Made by a program: the position numbers and the translations under genes. From a virus (taxonomy: Duplodnaviria > Caudoviricetes): DNA of 64,000 nt. The notes under the pieces are model-generated. The model made no database searches, was not told where the DNA came from, and saw only the letters and a program-made list of their open reading frames with translations. The DNA lies in IMG/VR virus record IMGVR_UViG_3300031993_000015. One strand, given 5' to 3'. Of this stretch, positions 19,693 to 29,996 are shown in pieces. Numbering within the stretch: position 1 is the stretch's first letter; each line of letters starts with the position of its first letter.

Positions 19693-21226
19693 TTACATAG
19701 AACCCACACAGCGTTCATTCGACAACGCCGAGAGTATGGCGGCTGATGTTCTGTCGCAGTCGTCCCCGAACCTGATCACCAAGATAGGCTCCGTCATCAG
19801 AGAGCTGGTCATCCGGCCGTCGGCATATCTGATGGCCTGGTCCACCGACAATTTCCTGAACATGCTGGCTACATCCAGTGTGATGTACCTGAAGACGTCC
19901 CAGGAAACGGACAACCCGATTGCAGACATGGTGGCATCCAACTACTTCGTGACCAGACTGCAGGGAACCAGCGCACGCGGTATCCTAACACTGACCCTGT
20001 CCCAGCCTGTGCTGCGCATCTCCCGTGGCTCGCAATTCACAGTCGGCGGTGCCACCATGATTACGCCGGAGCAGTACCTGATAACAAACGGTGACACGTC
20101 CGGCACGCCATCTGACTTCGTCTACATCAAGTCCATTGAATACAAGACTGCAGCCGGCGACTACTGGATTGCGAACCTGCCTGTCGTGAGCGCGGCTCCC
20201 GGCAAGCTGGAGATCCCGGTTGGCAGCGATGTCACAATCGACTTCAGCACCAGTATCATCATCCAGGCGGAACTGACCAGTCCTGTCACCGGCGGCTCCG
20301 ATGTGGAGACGGACGCGGAACTCATGGCGCGTGCTGAGTACAACACGGCGGCGTCCGGTATTGGTTCCTACTACGGTCTGCAGAAGAAGTTCGCCAAGGC
20401 TCCTGTGGCTGTTCTCGGATTGTCAGCTGTTGCCGGCGAGGATGCTCCGCTGTTCCGGTCACGGTACAACAACGTGAACATCAATCCAGGCGGCATCGTG
20501 GACTGCTATGTGAAGACCGCCAAACAGTCTACCACAGACAGCTTCCAGGTCGAGTGCAGTATCGTGAACGGCAAGTACGTTGGCACGCTGCCCTATCTGA
20601 GCATCCTGGCTGTGAACTCCGTCATCGTGAATGGTTCGACGATACCGTTCACCGTCAGTTTCGAGTCCAGTGATCCGAATGTTCCTGCAGCCGGTGCCAG
20701 ACTGTCCACGAAGCAGGTCACGAAGATCTCATTCGCGCCTGGTTCCATGACAGGAACGCAGACGGCAACCGTGTTCTGCACCTACATTCCGGGCATTGAG
20801 GCTCTGCAGAAGTACATCGACGATGATGCCGAGCACTTTATTGGACAGGACACGATGGTAAAGGCTGCAGTTCCAGTTGAAGTCACAGTGAGCTGCGGGT
20901 ATTCTTCTGGTACCATGCTGGAAGATGACCAGGTTGCCATCCTGAAGCAGACTATCACAGACTACATCAACAGCATCCCAGTTGGGACCAGGAACATCAA
21001 CTTCTCAGATCTGCGCACTGTTTGTGCCACGGCTGTTCCTGCCGCTGATCTGCGCCTGCCCTGTGTCATGACAGGTAAGGCTTACACGAAGAGCGGCTAT
21101 GTGGACACCTTCTACAACAACACCGGCATCTTCGACATCAGCGACCCGGCCAATGACGATTTCTGGGATTTCCAGTGCTGCTTCTTCAGCATCACGGTTG
21201 AGAACGTCAGAGTGGAGGCCGTATGA
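19685..21226 (+). CDS. Baseplate wedge protein (gpJ/gp6-like)
   Basis: GSVIRELVIRP and TGGSDVETDAELMAR motifs; ITDYINSIPVG. Confidence 0.85.
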   Translation: MADYIEPTQRSFDNAESMAADVLSQSSPNLITKIGSVIRELVIRPSAYLMAWSTDNFLNMLATSSVMYLKTSQETDNPIADMVASNYFVTRLQGTSARGILTLTLSQPVLRISRGSQFTVGGATMITPEQYLITNGDTSGTPSDFVYIKSIEYKTAAGDYWIANLPVVSAAPGKLEIPVGSDVTIDFSTSIIIQAELTSPVTGGSDVETDAELMARAEYNTAASGIGSYYGLQKKFAKAPVAVLGLSAVAGEDAPLFRSRYNNVNINPGGIVDCYVKTAKQSTTDSFQVECSIVNGKYVGTLPYLSILAVNSVIVNGSTIPFTVSFESSDPNVPAAGARLSTKQVTKISFAPGSMTGTQTATVFCTYIPGIEALQKYIDDDAEHFIGQDTMVKAAVPVEVTVSCGYSSGTMLEDDQVAILKQTITDYINSIPVGTRNINFSDLRTVCATAVPAADLRLPCVMTGKAYTKSGYVDTFYNNTGIFDISDPANDDFWDFQCCFFSITVENVRVEAV

Positions 21227-22632
21227 ACTGGGTGAGAAAAATCAGGTCGCTTCTTGGTGCTTTCTGGTACCGGATCTTCGACGATCAAGATTTTGTACTT
21301 GGAGTTGAATTTTTACTCAGCGAGTTCTACAAGTACACTGGATACCGGTTCGACAACTGGCTCTACGGCCTGTTTCCGATGAGTCAGACGGTGTATCCAA
21401 AGGATATGCCGTTTGTCGTCTATCTGGATGCAAGTTCTTTGCACAGAGAGTGGTACACATGGGAGCAGTTTGTGAACAATGTCAAACTTAGTCCTGTGTA
21501 TAACAGCAGCGGTGTGGTGGATCACTGGGAAATCGGTAAACCCACAGACGAGGAGTATGTCACACTGCACAGCAACAACCGTGGCTGGGTCATGGATGTC
21601 GTGAATCCGATCCAGGAACCGACATATCTGGTGGATCACCTGTACCAATGGAACCGTGTGCTGACGAACGGGCCGGATTTCAAGTTTGCACAGGGGCAGA
21701 TTCTGTTCTATGAGGATCCGACCAAGCTCAATATCCCGTCTGTGAAAGTCACAACGGCGAGCGGAGAACTGAAGGTCTATTTGCAACTCATCGGAATTGT
21801 CGAGCCAGTTGCAAATGAGTACGATGCCATCAGCGGGTTTATGTCACCAGAACTGAACGACTGCGCTGATATCGTCTGGGACATTCATCAGAACGGCGCT
21901 ACCTATTACAACGCCAAGAAGCTCTTGGCGAGTGCCGCAAACAGCGTGGTCTGCGATGTGGATGGCGCTATCTCCGAGCTCTGGCAGGAACAGGACTGGT
22001 GGTTCGCACGCGTTTATGACAAGATCTACAAGTCACAGCTGCCGTGTAATCTGCATGCCGGTGACGATGTTAAGAAGGGCACCATCCTGTTCGGTGACAT
22101 GAAGTTCTTCAAGGGCTCTGAAAGCCCATCTGCTTCAGACATCCCAGGCATCCGTGTACGCACAGATGCAGGTGAACTGGTTGCAGAGAACGCAACGCAC
22201 AGTCTGGTCTACTGGTATGACCAGACGGTTCTTCCGCTGTCCGGTGATGTGCCTACACTGCTGAAGTACATGGAGATATGCACGAACAACAGTCTGAACC
22301 AGGCCTGCCCGTTCATCGAGATCAAGACACCGGCTGGTATGGCCGCAGGCACCATCAATCCATACCAGTTTGTGATGCAAGTTCTGCGCCGTGGAAAGAC
22401 TTGCGCTGTGCGTCTTACAGCTGCATCACTGTCCAAATTGGAAGCCGCCATCCAGGTGCTTCGCAAGAGCACCGACCTGGGTGGTCTTCTCACTCTTTAT
22501 GTAAAGGATTCGACCGACACTGCTAATGTAACCCTGTCGGGCTTTACAGCCGACGCCGGAATGGGCGTTGTTGCCGTAGATGCCACAGTCACAGTACAGG
22601 GACAAGCAGCAGAGGCAAGAATCCTTCCATGA
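21223..22632 (+). CDS. Putative baseplate wedge protein
   Basis: Follows gpJ-like gene; LGAFW N-terminus. Confidence 0.5.
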   Translation: MNWVRKIRSLLGAFWYRIFDDQDFVLGVEFLLSEFYKYTGYRFDNWLYGLFPMSQTVYPKDMPFVVYLDASSLHREWYTWEQFVNNVKLSPVYNSSGVVDHWEIGKPTDEEYVTLHSNNRGWVMDVVNPIQEPTYLVDHLYQWNRVLTNGPDFKFAQGQILFYEDPTKLNIPSVKVTTASGELKVYLQLIGIVEPVANEYDAISGFMSPELNDCADIVWDIHQNGATYYNAKKLLASAANSVVCDVDGAISELWQEQDWWFARVYDKIYKSQLPCNLHAGDDVKKGTILFGDMKFFKGSESPSASDIPGIRVRTDAGELVAENATHSLVYWYDQTVLPLSGDVPTLLKYMEICTNNSLNQACPFIEIKTPAGMAAGTINPYQFVMQVLRRGKTCAVRLTAASLSKLEAAIQVLRKSTDLGGLLTLYVKDSTDTANVTLSGFTADAGMGVVAVDATVTVQGQAAEARILP

Positions 22633-23057
22633 GCCATTGGACATTTCAAAGAGGCGGCAACAAAGTAATTGCCGACATTCTCAGCGGTTCCGGCGAGAAG
22701 CTGGACGGTATCTACGTCACATACAACGGAGCGGATGTTGAAGCAGCCCCGGAAGTTGACCGCAAGTTCTTCGAGTATCTTGCAAAACGCCCTGCTTGCG
22801 GCTATGCCAGAATCCCTGTGAGAAGCTGTTCTGTCAACAAAGACGGTAGCATGATGTTCACCGGTTTGTTATCCGCTTCGGATCTTATAGGGTCCAAACC
22901 GACCAAGCGGTCCCGGATCACAACTGCCACGCTGGTGTCCATGAACGAGGACCCGACGAAGGACAGATTCGTCTACACCGCTTTGCTGACGAGTCAGATA
23001 CCGCTGGTCGCCGGGACCCATATTGTTATTGACTTACACATGAAGATCGGAGGCTAA
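22629..23057 (+). CDS. Hypothetical baseplate/tail protein
   Basis: ATGA-coupled ORF. Confidence 0.5.
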   Translation: MSHWTFQRGGNKVIADILSGSGEKLDGIYVTYNGADVEAAPEVDRKFFEYLAKRPACGYARIPVRSCSVNKDGSMMFTGLLSASDLIGSKPTKRSRITTATLVSMNEDPTKDRFVYTALLTSQIPLVAGTHIVIDLHMKIGG

Positions 23058-23058
23058 G

Positions 23059-25059
23059 ATGTCGGATACGACAATCAGCACCTACACGGTGCCCCTCATA
23101 GGCAACCAGACGGCGCCTACCAACGAAGCCGCTGTTGCACTGCTCGACAACTCCCTGTCCTATATCCAGGATGCCCTGAACAGCATCGCAGGACGGCTGG
23201 CTGAGAATGATACCAAGAACGCCATTATCCAGCACGATGTTCCGATCACGGCTGATGTATTCGAGGGCGCTCTTGTTTATTTCAATTCAGAGACTTCCAA
23301 GTATGAGCCTGCTCTCGCAGCGTTGCTTCCGCTCCCTGGCGAGAACGGAGCCAGCATCGAAGCACCCAGTGCCCGCGTCGAAGGCATCATTATCAGCTGT
23401 GACGTATCCGGTGTGACCGGCACGCTGCTGCGCGGCGGGTTCTATACGAAGAACACTGTGGCTGACAACTGCCTTGGCACGAATGCGACCGCCGGGACCT
23501 ATTATCTGTCAACCACGACGGCTGGTAAAGCGACCAAGGATACGGACGGTCTACTCAGGCAGCCTGTGCTGTCCTACTATGGCAACGGGATGTTCAGTCT
23601 CACGCTGTTCTATATGGCGCACGACAATCACTACCACACGACAGCTATCCTACTGGATGGGTGGTCAGAAATCGACTCTGAAGACGAAGATGCACCGGCC
23701 GGTGCTTATTGGGTGTATGATGGTACACTCCTGACATCGACCTACGTCGGTGTTCTATCCAAAGTTACGACAGCCGTGTTCTGGAACGGCGAACTGCAGC
23801 CTACGTTGGAAGATCCGTCCTCTCCATTCGACATTGTGAACGGCAAGCTCTACTGCAAGCTGATGGATGCACCAGAAGCAAAGTCCGTGGTCATCTTCAA
23901 CCACTTCCCGTTTGCCTATAACAGCTCAGTGGTGCGCAGTATCCAGTCCACCAACGAGAGCATGCTCCGCGTAGATGATGCGAATGGTGTCGTGACACTG
24001 ACTCCCTATGAGTTCACAACAGGCGCAACGGCTCCGAGCCAGCTCGCTATCTCAAGCATTGTCGAAGGCAAGATTACCTACACGCCAGTTGTGACCGGCA
24101 TCAATGCAGGTCCTGGAATCAAGGTGAGCCGCAGCGTGACCGGCGTTACGACTGTCTCGGCTGCCAACCTCGTTGGTTCCCAGATCGACGCCTACAGCAT
24201 TCAGCACAACGGAACAACGCTCATCACGGACGGTCTGTTCCAATTCATCACATTCCCGGCCGGCCGTGAATCAGAGTTCGTTATGTTCCTGCCTGTCACG
24301 GATGTACCGGAAGGTGTCACGCTCCAGGCTTCCGCATGGGGCACGCTCTACGGTTCGTCCGCTACACTGAATGTCGATGGCTGGTTCATTGAGCAGCCGA
24401 CATCTGGTAATATGACAGATCTCCCCGTTACGACCAATCCGCAGAACACAGTGGAACTCAGTTTCACTGGTCAAGAAGGCAAGCTGTCATACAGTGAAGT
24501 CTCACTGACCGGATGCACCGTCAGTGCCCCTGGCATGCTGGTCGCCAGAATTGCGATTCCGTCTGCACCGTCCGACAATGTGGAACTTCTGCGTGTCGGC
24601 TTCAAACTGGATGTCGCGGCATCCAACGAGTCCTCGGCGGTCACGCCGGATCCAGGAGGGTCAGGAATGGTCATAGGTGAACTTCAGGCCGGTGAGTCGA
24701 TTGCGGCCGGCAATGCGGTCTACATCAATGCCAATGGCAAGCTGGGTGTCTGTCATGCAAATGCACAGAACACGGCCGGCACTTGCGTCGGCATCGCCAT
24801 GAACGGCGGCAACGCCGGTGCGACGATCACATATGTCGCTTCCGGCATCACATCGGTCGGTACTGATTCGATCATTCTTATTCCGGGAACACCCGTTTAT
24901 ATAGGAACAGACGGCTATGTCAAGAACATCACATCCGACGCCGGTGTCGATGACTTCTTTGCAGGCACAGCGCTCTATCTGCAGCGCGTCGGAACGGCCG
25001 TCACATCTAACCTGGTGCAGGTCTCGATTGAGCCTGCCATACTCAAGGGTGCGATATGA
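23059..25059 (+). CDS. Tail fibre/baseplate-associated structural protein
   Basis: Beta-rich; GTYYLS and AGESIAAGNAVYI (DUF2190-like) segments. Confidence 0.55.
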   Translation: MSDTTISTYTVPLIGNQTAPTNEAAVALLDNSLSYIQDALNSIAGRLAENDTKNAIIQHDVPITADVFEGALVYFNSETSKYEPALAALLPLPGENGASIEAPSARVEGIIISCDVSGVTGTLLRGGFYTKNTVADNCLGTNATAGTYYLSTTTAGKATKDTDGLLRQPVLSYYGNGMFSLTLFYMAHDNHYHTTAILLDGWSEIDSEDEDAPAGAYWVYDGTLLTSTYVGVLSKVTTAVFWNGELQPTLEDPSSPFDIVNGKLYCKLMDAPEAKSVVIFNHFPFAYNSSVVRSIQSTNESMLRVDDANGVVTLTPYEFTTGATAPSQLAISSIVEGKITYTPVVTGINAGPGIKVSRSVTGVTTVSAANLVGSQIDAYSIQHNGTTLITDGLFQFITFPAGRESEFVMFLPVTDVPEGVTLQASAWGTLYGSSATLNVDGWFIEQPTSGNMTDLPVTTNPQNTVELSFTGQEGKLSYSEVSLTGCTVSAPGMLVARIAIPSAPSDNVELLRVGFKLDVAASNESSAVTPDPGGSGMVIGELQAGESIAAGNAVYINANGKLGVCHANAQNTAGTCVGIAMNGGNAGATITYVASGITSVGTDSIILIPGTPVYIGTDGYVKNITSDAGVDDFFAGTALYLQRVGTAVTSNLVQVSIEPAILKGAI

Positions 25060-26030
25060 TCAGTATTGACAGGCAGGCTCTGGAGTTCCTGAACCAGAAC
25101 ATGCACAGAAACTATCCTCTTCAGGATACGCAGGTCGTAGTGAGCGAAGATGGCGTTTACTTGCCGTCTTCGTTTCTGGTCGATCTGAAGATGAGCATCC
25201 CCTGTAAACTGGGGGATTCGAATATCAATGCGGCGAACTTCTTTGTGTCCTCCGTGAACCATTACTCGGCCTCCGTACAGGTAGTCATCAGTTACCAGTA
25301 CGATGCGGAGCACTCGTTTGAGTGTGCCTGCTCTCCGGCAATCGTGACGGCCGATGGCAGTTACCCAGAAGTCGTTACGCTGACTCCTGCGGCTGGCATC
25401 CCGGCTGACACAAAGTGGGATCCGCTTCGGAATCTGACCGGTGAACTCTGGATCGGTTCTACCCAGGAAGTGGCGAACATCAGCTCTCTGAAGTTCACCT
25501 ACGAGCATGCTGCGATCAATCCGACGCTCATCACGAAAATCGTCCGTGTGGACGAGATCATGTCGAGCGTCACTGTCATGGTCGGTGAAGATGTACTTGG
25601 CACTGTCAGCGGAGAAGTCAAGCTGAAAGCCGGTGCAGGCATCGCGTTTGAACTGGATACGAACACCAACGAGCTGACTATCAAACTGGATGAGACGTGG
25701 CTCTCAGAGCAGATCCAGGAAATCATGGCGACAGAGGTTGGCACACCGCTCAAGAGCATCAACGGGATCACGCCGGATAGTGAGGGCAACCTCAATATTG
25801 GCGGCATGGACTGCACAGAGGTCAACAACGTGGCTTACGGCATCACGATCAGCAACCCGTGCTCCAGACCCTGTTGCGGTGATGAGAGCGGTGACGTTGC
25901 CGACATCCAGGCATCCCAGGGTCTGCTCAAGGATCAGGTCGAGCGACTCACGCAGAGTCTCAATGCCTTCATTATCAGTCTCAACAACGTGGAAACAAGA
26001 CTTCCTTCGCTGGTTGCCAGCAGAAAGTAA
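25056..26030 (+). CDS. Structural protein, N..R.YP / SING..PD family
   Basis: LNQNMHRNYPL; LKSINGITPDSEG; Cys cluster PCSRPCCG then coiled coil. Confidence 0.55.
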   Translation: MISIDRQALEFLNQNMHRNYPLQDTQVVVSEDGVYLPSSFLVDLKMSIPCKLGDSNINAANFFVSSVNHYSASVQVVISYQYDAEHSFECACSPAIVTADGSYPEVVTLTPAAGIPADTKWDPLRNLTGELWIGSTQEVANISSLKFTYEHAAINPTLITKIVRVDEIMSSVTVMVGEDVLGTVSGEVKLKAGAGIAFELDTNTNELTIKLDETWLSEQIQEIMATEVGTPLKSINGITPDSEGNLNIGGMDCTEVNNVAYGITISNPCSRPCCGDESGDVADIQASQGLLKDQVERLTQSLNAFIISLNNVETRLPSLVASRK

Positions 26031-26038
26031 CAACCGAG

Positions 26039-27694
26039 ATGATCGAGCCAGACGGAATCAAGTTAGGAAACGGGCTCATTTGCGAAAAACAGGGCGATAC
26101 CAATATACTGGGTATCGACCGGGATTACCTGCGCTCTATCGTGCTGCAGAACGCGGTCTACAGCATCAACGGCCAGCACGCCGCGCCGGACGGCTCTTTC
26201 TTTATTCACGGGTCCGAGTGCGACAGCTGGAGCGATGTGCGTGGCGGTACAGTCACAGAGACAGGCGATGTGAACAAGGCTGTTTATATCGCTGACATCA
26301 GTGGACAGGTTGTTCAGGAAGGCAGCGCGGAGACCAGTGAAGATACGACACCTGATTCCAGTATCAACAGGCTCAAAGGTGTTGTCACAGTGCAGGAAGG
26401 GCTTGTTCTGACAGATCTATGCCCAACATGTTCTTCCTGTGAAACGCTGTATCACATCAAGAAGGAGCTTGAGTACTTCGAGATGTTTGTCAACATGATG
26501 AAGGACGTCATGCTCCATAATTCTGCGGACCTTACTGCAGACAAAGCAGCTCTGAATCTACTCCGTGTGGTCGGCAGCACGGTGCACTGTACAGATGAAG
26601 CAGAGCAGGATGTGCTGATGAAGGGTATGCAGCTGCTTCAGCAGTACATCACAGTGGCGCACATGTGGAACTACGCTGTGATGCAGAACAACGCCAGTTT
26701 CCGCATGGAAATCGCGCCGGAAGACACCGCTGGATTCGTTGTTCAGACCAAGCGTGCGTTGCCAAGCTGCGACGGCACCTGGCGCATCCGCTGTACCATC
26801 AAGATCGAGTACGACCACAGACAGAACGACGACAACAGCATCAGCACAGCAAAGCAGGACCTCAGCGTGTTCATTCCAGAGCCTGTACTATGGTTCAAGC
26901 CTTTCAACATGGAGGATACTGACGAGCCTATCGTCGGTACAAACCCTGTGGAATATGTGAGTGCCGAGGATGCGGCTCTACAGACCCTTGTTGACCAGGG
27001 TGCCGGCGGAGCCACCAGTGTGCAGGTGCTGACGGACGCCAAGGTGCATGTCATCCACGACAATAACTGCACAACCAAGACGATCCAGACCGACTTCATC
27101 CAAGCTCGTGTTTCCGGCACCTATGGACTGCAGATGAAGTTCCTGCCTTTTGTGAACTTCGTCATGTATGACGCGCAGAATCATGTCATTACGGTGCGTG
27201 GCGCGACTGTGAATGTCTCCGGCAAGACTATCGGGGACAACGTCTACTACGATTTCGCTCCGGCCTATACCAGCAGGCAGCCTATCGTGGCTCCTACGAA
27301 GGATGACTACCTGAACGCCAAAACGGCGCCGACATCGTCTGTGCCTTTTAACAACGTTTGGCGCGTGGAAATCCTGTGGGAAGTCGGTAAACCGGAACGT
27401 TATACGGAAGAGGACTCGATACATTTCCAGGAGATAAGAAGAACGACGTCGGCGGAGCCCGGAAACGAGGTACCGGAGATCACTACACTGGTGCCTGGAA
27501 CGACGACCTTCGAAGAAGCACTTGCTGGCTATGATGTGCCGTTCGAGTCCGAGACTTTCTTCGAGTACAAGGAAACCAGACTGTACACGACGACCGGAGC
27601 CCGTGAACCGAACAACCAGGCTATAATCACTGGGTCTACGATTCCTGTTGATGTGCCGATCAGCACGGCAAGTAGCAGTAGTACCAATCAGTAA
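26039..27694 (+). CDS. Structural protein, SING..PD family
   Basis: VYSINGQHAAPDG; CPTCSSC. Confidence 0.55.
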   Translation: MIEPDGIKLGNGLICEKQGDTNILGIDRDYLRSIVLQNAVYSINGQHAAPDGSFFIHGSECDSWSDVRGGTVTETGDVNKAVYIADISGQVVQEGSAETSEDTTPDSSINRLKGVVTVQEGLVLTDLCPTCSSCETLYHIKKELEYFEMFVNMMKDVMLHNSADLTADKAALNLLRVVGSTVHCTDEAEQDVLMKGMQLLQQYITVAHMWNYAVMQNNASFRMEIAPEDTAGFVVQTKRALPSCDGTWRIRCTIKIEYDHRQNDDNSISTAKQDLSVFIPEPVLWFKPFNMEDTDEPIVGTNPVEYVSAEDAALQTLVDQGAGGATSVQVLTDAKVHVIHDNNCTTKTIQTDFIQARVSGTYGLQMKFLPFVNFVMYDAQNHVITVRGATVNVSGKTIGDNVYYDFAPAYTSRQPIVAPTKDDYLNAKTAPTSSVPFNNVWRVEILWEVGKPERYTEEDSIHFQEIRRTTSAEPGNEVPEITTLVPGTTTFEEALAGYDVPFESETFFEYKETRLYTTTGAREPNNQAIITGSTIPVDVPISTASSSSTNQ

Positions 27695-27703
27695 AGGAGC
27701 CGT

Positions 27704-28474
27704 ATGCTTACCACCTATATCAACGACAGAAAACTGGCTGACTATCCGTTCTACGGACTTGAGAAGCCTCGTCCGTTCCCTCCTGGGTGCATCACACATC
27801 TTGGCATCTGTGTCCAGGACCAGCCGGACGGTTGCTTCTTTGCATCTGCCATCAGCATCTCGATGGACGGTGTCCTGGTATCGCTCTGCAGAGAGGAGAA
27901 CGGTGTGGACAAGGACATCGGGTCTGTCTATGTTGCATCCGGCCAGGACAGTGCAGGCGCCGAGTTCGAGAAGGATGACGTCAAGTATGCTGTCAGCATG
28001 ATGGTTGACAGATCACTGCTCCAGAACTCCTACGGCAGCTACACAGGGCGCTTTTATCTGGACCCGCGCTGTGTTTCGTATGTGTCAGACGTCGTGGCCG
28101 GCAATCTGAAACAGGTGGTCATCAATGGTCAGACGCACCAGGTGGACAACCATCTGGACTTCTCATGTTCCGGCGATCTGATCGGCTTTACAGTGCCGGA
28201 AGAATCCCTGGCTGATTCCTGCTATAAGACCTATCTGAAGGCCGGCACAGAAGTCAACGAGACACCACTGGTCTACAAACTGGTGTCCACGGCTGTTCCG
28301 GTACGGGGCATCAACACGGCAACACCTGATGGAGTTTCTCCGCAGTTCGCTCTGGCGGCCGGTGATGCGTCGATTACGTTCTCTGTAGAAGAGAAACAGA
28401 GCGCCCTGATTGTCACGATCCAAGGCAACACGGACTTTCCGAACTGCTACGAGGGGAAAGGAGATGAAGCCTGA
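27704..28474 (+). CDS. Structural protein, YPF family
   Basis: RKLADYPF; VRGINTATPDG. Confidence 0.55.
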   Translation: MLTTYINDRKLADYPFYGLEKPRPFPPGCITHLGICVQDQPDGCFFASAISISMDGVLVSLCREENGVDKDIGSVYVASGQDSAGAEFEKDDVKYAVSMMVDRSLLQNSYGSYTGRFYLDPRCVSYVSDVVAGNLKQVVINGQTHQVDNHLDFSCSGDLIGFTVPEESLADSCYKTYLKAGTEVNETPLVYKLVSTAVPVRGINTATPDGVSPQFALAAGDASITFSVEEKQSALIVTIQGNTDFPNCYEGKGDEA

Positions 28475-29247
28475 TGCTGATGATGACCAACAATCTGGAC
28501 CGCACGGACGAAGCTGCGATCTCCAACTGGCCTTTCACCTACGGCAGCTCTCTGGACACTGGGGACGGCGTTCTGACGGCCGACAGCTTCCTGTCCGTGT
28601 CTGTGAACGTGGACCACAATGTCGTGCTTCCATGCCGCTTCAAAGGCATCACGTCAGATGGTCGGCTTGTCATCTGCGACAGCACCGGCGCGGATGTCTG
28701 CAGCGGGCAGCTCTATGCGGCCAGTGAACAGACCGACGTCTGCTCCTTCTTCCTGTACGACCAGTACGCCATACTGCGCGGTTTCATCTGTTGCAAATCG
28801 GATGTCTGCACCAGGCTGTTTGCGCTGTCGGTTTACACGAACGACATGCACTATTTCGGCAGCAACGCTTTTGTTCTCCTTCCTGACTGTCATATCCAGA
28901 CAGTGAGTGGCACAGCCAAGAGCTTTGGTGTTCATGGCAAGTACATGACAGCCGACCTCTGTATCAGATGCACGTCGGAGGTAGAAACACCGGTTGTTTC
29001 CGATGGAACGACCGTCTTGGGGCACAAGAACTGGAACGTAATCCCGGAAAGTGGCACGGTTGCCAGTTTTGGGGTTTACAACGTCGATGTGCCGGAGAAC
29101 AATACCTGGTGCGAGATCGTTGTCAACGGCTCCACTTACAGCGTGGAGGAGAAGAACCTGATTATCAAGGCAGGATTCACGTCGAACCTGCGCGTCGTTA
29201 CCACAGACGCTGCGATTATACTGAGAGGTGTTCTCGATGTCCAATGA
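28474..29247 (+). CDS. Structural protein, YPF/WPF family
   Basis: SNWPF N-terminal motif. Confidence 0.5.
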   Translation: MLMMTNNLDRTDEAAISNWPFTYGSSLDTGDGVLTADSFLSVSVNVDHNVVLPCRFKGITSDGRLVICDSTGADVCSGQLYAASEQTDVCSFFLYDQYAILRGFICCKSDVCTRLFALSVYTNDMHYFGSNAFVLLPDCHIQTVSGTAKSFGVHGKYMTADLCIRCTSEVETPVVSDGTTVLGHKNWNVIPESGTVASFGVYNVDVPENNTWCEIVVNGSTYSVEEKNLIIKAGFTSNLRVVTTDAAIILRGVLDVQ

Positions 29248-29986
29248 GCTGAAAGACCTGTCCATCAGTTATCCGTTCATGCCGGTCGCGGTGCAGCCGG
29301 CATTTTTCCGTAACGTGAAATACATGCGCATTGTCGTAGTACTGCCGGCCGGTCAGCCTGCGAACCTGGCGAAGAACGGCGACTACATTGTGGCGATGCT
29401 GACCGGGTTCGATGCAACGAACGCGCACGTCAGAGTAACCTGCAGTGCCTACGGCTACAGCGAGAATTACAATGTGCCCATCATTTGGAGCGGAATCCCG
29501 ACAGGCAACAACTGGATGTACGTCGAGGGCGACATCGAGTGGCCGCAGGATGCGCCGGAGATCGGCTACAGAATCCACCCGTCCTGCCTGGTCTTCCAGC
29601 AGATGGCTCCTATCCTGAAGATCGAGGGCTCTGAAAGCGGGCTTCCTCCTGTCATACTCCAGCAGGACGATGACGACACAATCAGCCCGTATATGTTCGA
29701 CACTGAAATGTATCAGTGGGATGACATCCTGGAACTTGAGAACGGACATAACGTCGAGGTCTCCGGGAGCTCTGATTCAGTCGTGTTCACGGCGGCCGCA
29801 GACATTGGAAAAGGAGTGTTCCCGGCAAAATTCTACACGCAGGCTGACAATCTGGCCGGCAAGCGCGGCGTCGGCATGCACAGCATCAATGGCAGGACGG
29901 GTGACGTTCTTATACACGGCGACAGATCTGTGGAAGTCGATACTGTCGGAAACACCGTGACAATCACAGCAGTAAACCAGAACTGA
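29237..29986 (+). CDS. Structural protein, YPF / SING family
   Basis: SISYPF; MHSINGRTGDV; ATG 29237 has RBS GAGGTG. Confidence 0.55.
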   Translation: MSNELKDLSISYPFMPVAVQPAFFRNVKYMRIVVVLPAGQPANLAKNGDYIVAMLTGFDATNAHVRVTCSAYGYSENYNVPIIWSGIPTGNNWMYVEGDIEWPQDAPEIGYRIHPSCLVFQQMAPILKIEGSESGLPPVILQQDDDDTISPYMFDTEMYQWDDILELENGHNVEVSGSSDSVVFTAAADIGKGVFPAKFYTQADNLAGKRGVGMHSINGRTGDVLIHGDRSVEVDTVGNTVTITAVNQN

Positions 29987-29996
29987 GGTTCCAGAT

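Noticed and set aside
21283-21312. Fifth copy of the quasi-palindrome (ttttgtacttggagttgaatt)
   Set aside because: Several mismatches break the dyad; may be chance within coding sequence.
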